DNA from: Octopus bimaculoides
Lineage: Eukaryota
DNA length: 64,000 bases
Assembly: GCF_001194135.2 (NCBI RefSeq)
Contig: NC_069007.1
Coordinates: 13,801,157 to 13,865,156, forward strand
Reading direction: 5' to 3'
Positions 13,618 to 26,203 of the stretch are shown here, one piece after another. Position 1 is the stretch's first letter, and every line of letters starts with the position of its first letter. The notes under the pieces are model-generated. The model made no database searches. It was not told the DNA's origin and was given only the letters and a program-made list of their open reading frames with translations. A program made the translations under genes and the position numbers.

Positions 13618-14235
13618 CTGAGAGAAAAATTGGCAATTTTTAACGGGGGAAAGAGAAAAAAAGACAGTGAAGACATTGGAACAGTTCATAAAAAAAAACT
13701 GACCCCTTAAAAATAGGAACGGTTAAAACTTGGCGGAAAATTGACTTTTCTAATAAAATTTTATTCCTTAAAGAGTAAAGAAAGATAAAATGAATGATTG
13801 AATGAATGATGTTTGAAGAGAGACGAAGAAAAATAAACAGCTGAGGTCAGAAAATGGAAAACGAAATAAAACCATCTGTTTTTACACACTGCTGCGATAA
13901 AAAAGTTCAAGCATTGATTTAAAAAATAAAAGAAGCATATTTCTATTTACATATAAATATATAATTTATTTAACAAAATGATACTTTTTTTCTTTTTTTT
14001 GCTTTACTAGTTCTATATATATGTGTGTGTGTGTGTAATGTTAAAAAGTAGAAATATAAAAAATAACGAAAAGAAAAATAGACAAAAATTGAAATGAAAG
14101 CCTAAATACCACAAATCCGGTTCTGGCTTTCAGAATAAAACAATGTATGATTCATACAGTGAAGTTTTACGTTAATAAAATATTTCTGCTCAGTAACTCG
14201 AGAGACAGAAAACACTTTATTTATATAAATATATA

Positions 14236-14263
<28 letters not shown>

Positions 14264-14268
<5 letters not shown>

Positions 14269-14376
14269 ATATCTATATATCCATATCTATATATTATATA
14301 TCCATATCTATATATTATATATCCATATCTATATATTATATATCCATATCTATATATTATATATCCATATCTATTA
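14264..14376. repeat. 21-bp tandem repeat (atatccatatctatatattat), ~5 copies, grown from a (TA)n run
   Basis: Seen directly; explains the YIHIYIL repeat ORFs. Confidence 0.9.
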
Positions 14377-15524
14377 TACAAAACACATGCCAAACATACA
14401 TTTTTCATTACACACGCACTAATATATTACATGAACTAAAAATGACTTAGAAAATAATTAAGCACATCAAAAACTAAATCAATAAACCACTAATATATAA
14501 CATTACGTATTTTCCTGACACAACGTGTGTGCGTGCGTGCGTTTGACATCCCCCACACACTTCTAATTAAACCAAGACGAATATGTAAAGGTTAAGGTTG
14601 AAACTAATATATTTAATCCTAGATTTATTATGTATGTCAGTATTATGTAAAACTAATAAAGCTAAAAATTTAATTTACAAAGTAAAAACATCTCGCGTCT
14701 TAAATACTTGGGCAATTTTCATTTAGAAATATTTCTGAGAAAGAAAGAAAGAGCAGAGTTTGAGGGTAGCCGTCCTTTGAAGTTCCGAGCCTCAAGGAAG
14801 AGTAGAGAAAGAGGAGAAAATGAAATATAAAAAAAAATTGCGGAGAAAGAGGATATTTCTTAAAAATTATGATTTCCGTTCTATGAAAAACACACAAAAT
14901 ACTTTAAAATACTTTCCAATGAGATATTAGACTTCGAAGGGCAGTTATTCCAATAAAAGAAACCTCTTGCTATCTCCGATATTATTTAGACCTTGTGACG
15001 ATGGGTGACTTAGGGTTTATGTTACGGTGTTGGGCTTGCCATTGCAAGGTCGTGCGTTCGACTCCACCCACGACCGAGTGCTGTGTTGTATCCTTGAGCA
15101 AGACCATTTCTTTAGCACCCCACCGGCTGACAACAGGAGTTGAGACTTAAAACTTGCGTGGCATGGCGTCCCGTCTAGGGTGGAGGGCGTCTTCACAGAT
15201 ACCAATAGCAATGACCCGATGCTTCTATTTCAAAGCAGAAAGAGCCAAACTTGACGATAGCTCCATAGTGAGAAAATAAAATAAAAAGGAGTCTACCTGG
15301 TCAACAGACCTGCACGACATAGTAACCAAATAGCCCTCAAATCAGTCTTCCAATGTAAAAGACATTGTACTATCATACTTATAAACTTAGACTGATCTAT
15401 CATAAGCACCAGAACTTAAGGCCAGGGCTTAACGAGTTCTATAGCCTTACATGCTATGGAAAAAAAATGGCTTTATTTAGATCTCTGCTCAGTCATGACC
15501 AACAAGGGGCTAAACTACAGCAAA

Positions 15525-15650
15525 CAGCCAAAATATTGCTCCTGGGTTCAGTCCCAATGCATGGCACCTTGGGCAAGTGTCTTCTGCTATAGAATCAGGC
15601 CAACTAAAGCCTTGTAGGTGGACTTGGTAACGGAAACTGAAAGAAGCTTA

Positions 15651-15717
<67 letters not shown>

Positions 15718-15930
15718 CGTACATATATACATATGAATATATTTGTGTTCCCACGATTGCTTCACAACCGATGTTGGTGTGTTTGCGTCCCTGTAATTTA
15801 GCGGTTTAGCAAAGGAAACTGATAGAATAAGTACTAGGTTTACAAAGAATAAGTCCTGGGGTTGATTTCTTTAACTAAAGGCGGTGCTCTAGCATGGCCA
15901 CAGTCAAATGACTGAAACAAGTAAAAGAAC
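15525..15930 (+). mobile_element. SINE family A
   Basis: Head, (GT)n and tail. Confidence 0.85.
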
Positions 15931-17027
15931 AAAAAAATTCCTAATAATATTTAATTCATAAAAATATGATTATTTTAAAAAACATTGAACAGCTCTGAGG
16001 GTCCATTTCAGTAAAATAAGAACCAACAGGTTAACAAAATAGTTGAGAAACTGCTCAAACACTTCAAACGAAATCTCACTCATCCACGCCCATTTCTTGA
16101 CAGCTGAACCAACCAGGAAGTATATCTAGATCAATCGACCTGCCAGAAATAGTAACCAAATCTACCTCAAATCATGTCACACTTCCAAATTTTGTCACTA
16201 TAATCCCAAGACAAGACAGTTATGAATGGGACATCTTTGGTCAAACGTCTGTTTAATTAGGATAAAGTACAAATGAACAGCTTAATGCTAGCTGGCATTT
16301 TCACTTTCAAAACATCGAGACTCCTTTTACATAGCAGTTTGAAAAATAGATATTGATGAAAAAGACTAATTACTGGTGTGACATGATTGACTCAGGAAAA
16401 CAGTGTTCCTGCATGACAGCTGACCAAGGACTGAAACCAGTAAAAGACTGACCTAATAGTGCTCTCCTGCATGGCAAAGTCACCAGATGTGAACGATATT
16501 TGGTTTGATAGCACCCTATATCATCAGTACCAAGAAATACAGACATAGCTGACAGTACAGTCTTCTACCAAAAAAAATCCCAGTACAAATTTGTAACCAA
16601 AAGTTAAAAGCCAGTTAAAAAATAATAGAATGCTCTTTTAAATCATTTATAATACACACTCAAACCACAACCAAGGACCAATCAAAATATATATATACAC
16701 ACATACACACAGTATCATCTGTATAAAAATTTGTATACCATTGTAATAGACTGACAGTTTAATTTAAGAGATTCTATAAACAGTCCATAACTCAAGTCTC
16801 GGATGAAGACCAAAATGGATTTAGCAAGAGCAATTAATACAGCACCACGAAGAATTTATGGTAACCAACAAACTAAAGAAATGCTCATATTGAAGAAAGA
16901 ACATAACAGGACTGGCACAATCATACATACACACACACACACACATAATACATACATACACACACACATACACACACACACACACATAATACATACATAT
17001 GATCACTTTTAAGAATGTTTGACTTAC

Positions 17028-17039
17028 CGGTTTTGGCAT
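17028..17039 (-). CDS. ERM: First coding segment (Met-Pro-Lys-Pro) of a probable ezrin/radixin/moesin (ERM) gene; the rest of the CDS lies left of the window or in a gap
   Basis: Minus strand reads ccgacc ATG CCA AAA CCG|GTAAGTC: Kozak-like context (A at -3), a consensus donor and a phase-0 intron after codon 4. Established: ezrin and radixin begin MPKP, and vertebrate ERM genes have an intron after nt 12 of the CDS. Only 4 codons are visible, so identity is inferred. I found no MDAELEF-type next exon in 1-17027. Confidence 0.6.
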
Positions 17040-17140
17040 GGTCGGTAGTGATGGTAAGGAATAATATTAATATCCAATGTTTATAGATTTATATCCTACT
17101 AGTCTATCTAGAAATACAGATTCCAAGAGGAAATCAAGTT
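17028..17140 (-). other. Exon (5' UTR + MPKP), 113 nt
   Basis: Strong acceptor cctctttttttttctttgcag| (exon starts 17140) and donor GTAAGT at 17027. No upstream ATG within the exon. A weaker alternative acceptor ctgtatttctag| would start at 17107. Confidence 0.7.
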
Positions 17141-18254
17141 CTGCAAAGAAAAAAAAGAGGAAAAAAATTATATTTAAATACAAAAAAAGAAAAGTTTTTG
17201 AAAATATCCAAAATGACAATTACAAAAAATACATTAAACAGTGTAAAAATAAAAAAAAAAGTCAAAATATCTAATTTTAAAAATCCTGCAATTTAGTTTT
17301 CAATACCTGAAAATAGATTCATTATGAATAATGGTTGTTAAATTGTAAAAATAGGAAATAAATTTTTTTCTTCTGATTCATATTCATTCAGGGTGGGCAG
17401 GTAAAAAAGAACTAATTGAAATAGGTGTTGTCAACAGTTTTTGGTGTGTCAACACCTACTACCTAAGAAATAAAGAAAAAAGGACTGGTTAACCCCAGTA
17501 GGGTGGAAACAAACTAAACAGACCCTTAAACTATTGTATCAATTCCAAACCACTGCCTAAGAATGTATTCATAGTAATGAGAGCCTCTATGAGGTCCCTA
17601 CACCTGCTAGAAATAACAAACAAAAACCTTGTCAAATCGTACTCCACCCTTTTAAAAGGGTCGTTAGTTAATGGAAAACTTTAAATTTATTTTTTCTTTA
17701 ATTTCTTTTTTTTAGAAAAACAGGAATGGCCACAGCTTGAATATTTTGCTCAGAGGACTGTTCAACAAAGATGGTCTGAATATTAACAATGTAGTAAACC
17801 ATTGATTAAGAGAAATGTTTAAAAAAACAAAAATGCAGTTTTTTTGTTAGAAAAACAATGCAAAGTCAGTGTAGAAAAAGAAAAGAAAAAGAAATACGAG
17901 CTAATTAAAATGAAAATAGAAGTTTTACTTGCTAATTAGTTGAAGAGTTCTTTTTCTTGTCCAGGAGTTTTGACAAACTAAAAACCAAGACCACGCCTAA
18001 AACTTACAGAGCAGGTTGAATTTGTGAAGTGAAATGAAAAAAAAAAATCTATGAAAAGAATACACACAGACACCACATAACTATGAATGAAACACTACTT
18101 GGTTTATATTATAAAGTGAAATGTGTGTGTGTGATGGTAGAGACGGAGAGAGAGTATGTTGTTGGACCTGTTAGAGAGAGAACCTGCCACCAAATGTTCT
18201 AACCACACCCCAACGACTTAAATAAAGAAGAAAAAAACACTACACATACACTCA

Positions 18255-18654
18255 AGCGTGGTAGCACGCTTAAGAAGATTGCTTGCCAACAATGCAGTTT
18301 GGGGTTCAGTCCCACTGTGTGACACCTTGAGCATGTGCTTCTTGCTATAGCCCTTGGCTAACCAAACCCTTGTGAGCAGATTTGGTAGACTGAAACGAAA
18401 GGAATCCTTTGTGTGGGTGTGTGGTAAGAAGCTTGCTTCCCAACCACATGGTTATAGGTTCAGTCCCACTGCGTGGTACCTTGGGCAAGTGTCTTCTACT
18501 ATAGCCTCGAGCCAACCAGGGTCTTGTTAGTGGATTTGGTAGACAGAAACTGAAAGAGGCCAGTCACATTATATATGTGTGTGTGTGTGTTTGACTAAAG
18601 GCCGTGCTCCAGCATGGCCGCAGTCAAATGACTGAAACAAGTTAAAGAGTAAAG

Positions 18655-18734
<80 letters not shown>

Positions 18735-19040
18735 TTTTATTCATTTCAGTCAGACTGCGGCCATGCTGAGGCACCCTCTTGAATTTTAGTTGAATAAATC
18801 GACTCCAATACTTAATTTTTAAGTTTGGTGCTTATTCTATGGGTTCCTTATCCTTTGTCAAGTGGTGGACAAACACACATACACACACATCCAGGCTTCT
18901 TTCAGTTTCCATCTACCAAATCCACTCATAAGGCTTTGGTTGGCCTGAGGCTATCGTAGAAGATACTTACCCATGCAATGGAACTGAACCCAGAACCATG
19001 TGGTTGGGGGGCAAACTTCCAACCACACAGCCATGCCTAC
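18255..19040. mobile_element. SINE family A cluster: + (18255-18415, partial), + (18418-18655), - (18733-19040)
   Basis: The last two are tail-to-tail across a (TA)n run. Confidence 0.85.
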
Positions 19041-19257
19041 ACCTGTGTGCGTGTGTGTGTGTGTGTGTGTGTCCGATAGCAATTTCTTCTCTTCGGATTT
19101 TTCCCTTTCTACTTTCCAACGAAGGGCTATGCTGGAAACGTCAGGCCATCCCCTTTCACCCTGTGATATTGATATGTGCAGGGATTGGAGAAAGCACATC
19201 CAAACTACAAATGCTTCCAAGTCAATTTAAACAGGTTTTATGTGACTCAAGAAAGTA

Positions 19258-20153
19258 CAGGGTATTTCAAAAAATTTAATATCATTTCGCCATGTAATAA
19301 CTTTGGCCAGTTCTTGTACAAATGACTTCATATTTTAACAGCGTGTGTAGAAACAGGTCAAAATTTTGTGTTTAATGCTTGATATGTTTATCTTTTCAGG
19401 TATAGAAATGGTATTCACTGGAAGAGAAATGGTGTTTTGTGTGTTGGAGTATGCTTGAACACAGTCAAAGAAGATTGTGCATTAGAGAGTTCTCTAAAAA
19501 GTCACCAATGGCAATGCAGATTTGGACACGACACAAAAATTTCAAAGAGGAAGGCTGTCTGTGCAGGGCAAAAGGATCTGGGCGACCACTAACATCGGAA
19601 GAGACGATCGAGCGGGTTCGCCGAAAACTCTCGCGAAGCCCCAAGAAGTCCATAAGAAGAACAAACCTGGAAACCCAGATTCCTTCAATGACAGTTTGGC
19701 ATGTCCTGAGGAAGTGCTTGCTAATGAACCCCTACAAGCTGCAGCTTGTTCAGGCCATAACAGATGACAAGCGAAAGCACCAACAATTCTGTGTTGATTT
19801 GCAAGAGAAACTTGAAGAAGCCGAGTTCAAGGAATGTCTCGTTTCCTGCAAACCTAGAGGAACTCGAACAGAGAATCACTACCACACTGAAGACTGTTAC
19901 CCAAGACATACTGCAGCATGTTTAGGAGTAGCTGGACTACCGACTTGATGTGTGCCGTGTCTCAGGTGGTGCGCATATTGAACATTTGTGAAATCATTCA
20001 TGGAATCCACATACCTTTGAATTTCTCATTCAAATTTGGAGGAATAAGTTTTATGTTGCTCAACATTAAGCCTGTTTAGTTTCATTTGCTTTGACTTTGT
20101 AGTTTCTGTGACATTTACATCTCAAATGATGTCAAATTTTTTGAAACGCCCTG
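19258..20153 (+). mobile_element. Internally deleted Tc1/mariner-superfamily transposon (rosa/DD41D- or maT-like), with both TIRs and TA TSD
   Basis: TIRs cagggtatttcaaaaaatttaatatcattt and (reverse complement) cagggcgtttcaaaaaatttgacatcattt match 26/30 and are flanked by TA. The N-terminal HTH region (KGSGRPLTSEETIERVR..SPKKSIRR..PYKLQLVQA) is joined directly to the C-terminus (..LDYRLDVCRVSGGAHIEHL*), so the catalytic DDD domain is missing. Stops and frameshifts are present. Confidence 0.9.
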
Positions 20154-20267
20154 TATAAGATATATTAAGGTTTAGCGTTTCTTCAGGTACATTAACATGC
20201 GGGCTACAAGATAGTTTTGTTAGGAGAAAGGAAAAAAAAGTTTGATATTGGATGAAGTGTATATCGT

Positions 20268-20690
20268 TATCATTCTGCATCCATTTCCCATTCTGGTATG
20301 TGTCAAGATGGTTTGACTGGAACTGGTAAGCCAGAGAATTCCACCAGGGTCAGGTCTGATTTGGTTTCTATGGTTGGATGCCCTTCCTAATGCCAACCAT
20401 TTCACAGAGTGTATTGGATGCCCATTAGGTGTCACCAGCATGGGTGCCTTTTACATGTCACTGGCACTAGCCACAACCATGATTTCACTTAGCTTGATGT
20501 CTTCTCAAGCACAGCAAATCACCGAAAGTCTTGGTCACTTGTTATTACCTCCATGAGACTCAGTGTCCGATGATCAAATTTCACCACCTCATCCTACATC
20601 TTCCCAGGTCTACCTCTTCTACAGGTTTCCTCCACAGAGATTAGCACCTCTTTACACAGCAGTCCTTGTCTATATGCACATAACATACGT
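20268..20690 (-). mobile_element. RTE-type LINE 3' end
   Basis: 3' UTR plus an ORF2-end remnant (..GRGRPGKM*DEVV..). Confidence 0.7.
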
Positions 20691-21179
20691 TCATTCATAA
20701 ACTTTGTTGATTGAGTGTCATCTGCTTCGTGTCATCTATACATGCTCGATGATAACTGCCTGTACCAAAATCCTTTTGGCACGCACTACTATTACTATAT
20801 ATATATATATATGCGTGTGAGTATGTGTGTGTGTGTGTGTAATAAATATATATAAAATGTGTGCACACAAGTGCCACTTTGTCTTATAGTTGTAAACGAG
20901 CATCACTCCCAGACATGTACTGAGGTCGGTTTCCAGTTTTCCATAAAAAATTTGTCTGGTGATGGGGAAATATTTCCTTGCTTGAAAATGGCTGAGGATT
21001 GGTGACAGGAAAGGCACACAGCTGAAGAAAATCTGACTGAATAACTTCTCTGACCCATGCAACCATAGAAAATTGGATGTCAAATGATAAAGACATGTAA
21101 GTGTCAACTGATAACAGGATTATTCAAGAAATTAGAACCAATATACTGAACTAAAAAGTTTGTCACTGTCTACAATATA

Positions 21180-21520
21180 TTCCGACTTGCTCGTTGCTGC
21201 CTTCATGCTCTTGCTTGATGGGGCTGGGGTCAACCCAGGTTAGAGGTTCCAAAGACATCATGAATAGAGTGAATTGGGTCTACCAGTACTCTCCATTACT
21301 GGTGGTTCCATGCCAACCCCTCTGCATCCTCTAAAGAGATGTCAAGCCTCTGAAGATCTTCCTTAATTACATCCAACCATTTGTGCGTGGGGCCTGCCAT
21401 GAGGCCTCTTCCAGCTTTGAAGAAGCTCAACAGCCATAAAGACCCTAGACATGATGAAAGCAGGCAGAGAAAACCTGATCCGGTGGCTCATTCACATCAC
21501 CAGCTATGTAAGGGTTTCAG
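21180..21520 (-). mobile_element. Decayed RTE-like LINE ORF2 3' fragment (second lineage)
   Basis: Reverse translation includes KWLDVIKEDLQRLDISLEDA, resembling the RTE W.D.I..DL C-terminal motif. Confidence 0.5.
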
Positions 21521-23481
21521 AGTGACTCCCAAAATGACTGAATCCAGGACATCATATGCTCAACTTAGAATGCAAAAATGAACAGTAACCAAATAGGGTT
21601 TGAATATTGAGGTTTGTCAAATAAAAGATAGGCTGAGCTTAAACATCTACTTCACAACATTTCTAGTATCTCTGGTGGAACAGAAAACAATCCACAACCA
21701 AACCAAAACCTTGGAGATCTGAAGAGTCAGCAAAAGTGTGTAAACGTGTTAAAGCTCTCCAAAAGCAGTGATGCTTAGCATTTTATTCCATCTTTACCAA
21801 AAGATGGTAGAATTGTTAGAGTGCTTTGTAGTAGTTGTTCTTATCCCCTGTGCAGCAATTTCAAATCCTTCCAAGGTTAACTTTGCCATTCATCTTCCTT
21901 GGTTGATAAAATAAAATACTCATCATGGTTGATGGAATTTTCTGAGGGGAGATGCCTTATGGTAACTGTTCCAAATCTTTGTATATTGAATCTTTGGCTG
22001 GTAGATTTAAACCTGTCTCAAGTTTAAGACCATCACCTGGTCCTTCAAGTGTAGCCTAATTTGTTGTCACCCAGTTTGACACCACCACCTGATCCTGAGA
22101 TACCCCTAGTATGGTTAATTATTACAACTATTCAACCCTTTTTTCCAGTTTGAAGGCAACTTCCTTTCATCACACAAACCTTAGGGGTCCTGGAAAATTA
22201 AAGAATAAAGGGCACCACCCTTTCCTTGACAAAGAAAGTGAAAAATTCAAAAAGATGAATAAAGAAAAATTTAAGACATGTCATCGTCTGGTTTTGGTAC
22301 AGTGAGAAGTTAAAGACAATACCCATGACATCCAAGACTGATGGAAGTTACAAAGAAACCACAACATCTAGGTTACCCTTAACCATTCTGATACCAACCC
22401 CACCTAAGATCAAGCCCTGGTTCTATGGTGCATACTTCCTGTTTTAAAGTGATCCAAATTAAAACCTTCCGTCAAACACCAGTATACAAATTATTTTACT
22501 TAAATATTCATTAATTTCAAAATTAATTGAAACGAAGGCAGTGTATTTCATTAGAAATATGGTAACAAAAAAAGGTTACACAAGAGACCTGCTCTGAAAG
22601 CTTGCAACAAGAGACACTAGTTAGTATAAGGTCTCTAATGCCCTGTGGTAGTGGTCATCAGCTGGACATAAATTTTTTTTCCCCACATGTTAGTAAAGGT
22701 TGGTTAAGATTTAACTTGTTTGCAAGTCCCAAGCGCTTTCATCAGTTAGTTCTAAATGTCCACGTTTGTTTTCAGACTTTTAGTTAGCGCTTGTTCCATA
22801 CATTCCTTTTGTAAGTCCAAAGATATTATGGTGGTTGAAAAAAATTAGAAATGTGTATCACATATGATGTATGAATGCCAGGAAAATCTGTCCTGGGTAC
22901 CATGTAATACACAGGACAGACAAAGAGTAAAGCAGTTCTATTTGTACAGATGGATGCTTATTCTCAACACTGACTCTCGTTTACAAGGAAGGCCCTTTAT
23001 TGTCTACACAGACTGAAACCACCGAGCTACCAGATGAATTGTGAATGTGAGGGCATAAACATCACCAATTCTCAAATGGTATCAATGCAGAAAGACATGT
23101 GGACACACACAGGATTTATGTACAATCTCTGTCAGCCAAATTTCACTTCATACTGACTGGTCAAACCATGGCTGTAGTAAAAGACCCTTGCTAAAGGGGC
23201 CACACAGTGATCAACCCTAAAACAAAAGGTGCAAAGTGAAATTCTTTACAGCCAGTAAAGACTCAAATCCAACATCCAAGAATTCGTACAGTCCATCCTA
23301 CATACTTCTGCAGTTTGTTTAACCAATTCCAACAGAAAGCATAGACAACGCAATAAAGAGGAAACTCTGAAGACCTCCAAGAACCAAGTATTGTGCAAAA
23401 CCAGTGTGTTGAACAATGATCAGGTGCATACTACTGAGGGCTGATCTTTTACATGGAAATTATGGGTTTTGGGGGATGAGA

Positions 23482-23750
23482 TAATCATCATTGTCATTTA
23501 GTGTCCACCTTGGGTTGGATGATTTGACAGGAGCTGACCAGGCAGAAGACTGCACCAGACTACTGTGTCTATTTTGGCATGGTTTGTATGGCTGGATGCC
23601 CTTCCTAACACCAACCATGCAGCAGAGTGGAATGAGTGCTTTTTACATGGCACCAGCACAGGCAATGTCAGTTTTGGCATGGTTTTTACAGCTGGATGCT
23701 CTCCCAAATGCCAACCAGCTGATCCAATCAACAGAACAGGCTGCTTGTGA
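23482..23750 (-). mobile_element. RTE-type LINE 3' end
   Basis: (CAT)n tail on + followed by the reverse 3' UTR. Confidence 0.7.
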
Positions 23751-24171
23751 AATTAACGTGTAAGCAGCTGAGCACGCCACAGACATGTGTGCCCTTAATG
23801 TAGCTCTCAGGGAGATTCAGCATGACACAGTGTGACAAGGCTGGCCCTTTGAAATACAGGTACAACAGAAACAGGAAGATAAAGTTGTAGAACTATAGAG
23901 CCTTGTGGAACTTTAGGTGTTTTCGCTCAATAAACACTCAATGCCCGGTCTGGGAATCGAAACCGCGAGTCTGCTGCCCTAACCACTGGGCCATTGCACC
24001 TCCACTAATAGAATGTGATTAGGATGGCCCTTTAAAATACGGGTGCTACTCATTTTTGCCAGCTGAGTGGACTGAAGCAACATGAAATAAAGTGTCTCTC
24101 TCAAGGACCCAACACATCACCTGGAATCAAACTCACAACCTTACGATCATAACCCAAACACCCTCACACAC

Positions 24172-24550
24172 GTTCTTTTACTTGTTTCAGTCATTTGACT
24201 GTGGCTGAGCTGGAGCACCGCCTTTAGTCAAGCAAATGGACCCCAGGACGTATTCTTTGTAAGCCTAGTACTTTATCAGCCTCTTTTGCTGAACTGCTAC
24301 GTTACAGGGACGTAAACACACCAGCATTGGTTATGAAGAGATGTTGGAGGAACAAACACAGACACAAATATACACACACACACACATATATATATAACAG
24401 GCTTCTTTCAGTTTCCATCTACCAAATCCACTCACAAGGCTTTGGTCGGCCCGAGGCTATAGTAGAAGACACTTGCCCAAGGTGCTACAGAGTGGGAATG
24501 AACCTGGAACCATGTGGTTGGGAAGCAAGCTACTCACCACACAGCCACTC
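24172..24550 (-). mobile_element. SINE family A
   Basis: Full-length reverse copy. Confidence 0.85.
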
Positions 24551-24979
24551 CAGGTATTTTACACTACAAATCTCGAGGGATATTTGGCTGCTAGTTTTAC
24601 CAGGTCAAGCTACTATTTAGGGACTCCATTGTTGGTTGACCCATATACGTGTATGAAACTCATACGTGATTGGTGTGAAGAACACTTTATCAGGTACAAA
24701 TGACCGGTCGTGGGAGAAAGAATGCAAACAATAGGATTCAAATTGTTAACATGAAATGAATTCCAACCAAAGAAATCACAAAAAAAAAGAAATTCCTTCA
24801 GACACGTTTTTATGTCTATGTTTATAAATATGTACAATCGTATCTGAAGGAAAAACCACGTCAAGGGCAAAGAATGTAGTAATAACAAACCTATGACGTG
24901 TCGGTGTCATGTTGCAGGTTTTTAGGTGACGCACAAACCTTGTGCCTCTTTGCTTTAGTCGTTGCACTGTGGCCATTCT

Positions 24980-25680
24980 GGGGTGTCACTTTGAAGCATT
25001 TTTTAGTCAAATTATACCCAGTACTCATTTTTAAGACTGATGCTTAGTATGTCAGTCACCTTTGGTGAACTGCTAAGTTACGGTGATGTAAACAAACCAA
25101 CAACTGGTTGTCAAATGGTGGAGGAGAATATAAACACATGCACACATGAGTTTCTTTCAGTTTCTGTCTACCAAAGCCACCCACAAGGCATTGGTCGGCC
25201 TGAGGCTTTAGTTGAAAACACTTGCCCAAGATGCCATACAGTGAGACTGAACCCAGAACCATGTGATTGGGAAGCAAACTTATAAACATAGACCCATGCC
25301 TATGAAAAAATTCTTCCTACATAAAACATTATAGAAAGTTTATCTAGGCATGGCTGTGTAGTAAGAAGCTTGGTTCCAGGTTCAGTCCCACTGCATGGCA
25401 CCTTGGGCAAGTGTCTCGTATCATAGCTTCAGGTCCATCAAAGCCTTGTCAGTGGATTTGGTAGACAGAAACTGAAAGACACCTGTCATATATATGTGTA
25501 TGCACGTGTGTCCCCCAGTACCACTTGAAGTGGTTACATCCCCATAACTTAGCAGTTCAGCAAAAGAGATAAAATAAGCCCCAGGCTTAGCAAAATACAT
25601 GTATTGGGGGTTTATTAATTCAACTAGAATTTCTTCAAAGTGGTGCGCCAGCATGATCACAGTCTAATGACTGAAACAAA
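24980..25680. mobile_element. Head-to-head SINE family A pair: - (24980-25300) and + (25347-25680)
   Basis: Opposite orientations about 50 bp apart. Confidence 0.8.
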
Positions 25681-26150
25681 AGTACCTACCAAAACTTAAA
25701 ATACTGAAATAACATGAACAACTAGTTTGATTAAAACATAAATTTTAACTTGTTGGGTTAAAAAGGTTCATCGTTACTNNNNNNNNNNNNNNNNNNNNNN
25801 NNNNNNNNNNNNNNNNNNNNNNNNNNNNNNNNNNNNNNNNNNNNNNNNNNNNNNNNNNNNNNNNNNNNNNNNNNNNNNNNNNNNNNNNNNNNNNNNNNNN
25901 NNNNNNNNNNCACAATTATCAATGAAGGGGAAAAATAAACCATTGGTACTCAACCATTTTTTGTCTAGGGGCCTTTCGGTTATTTTTACACAGGTAAACC
26001 CTCATAGCCATTCATTGTTTAAAAAATCCCATAATTATGTTTCTATGATTAAGTATTAGGAATTGTATGAAAAAAATTGTTAAAATAAGTATTGTAAAAG
26101 TAGAACCAATGTTGCTGCACATAAGCTTTAACAATAAAACCTTATATGGG

Positions 26151-26203
<53 letters not shown>

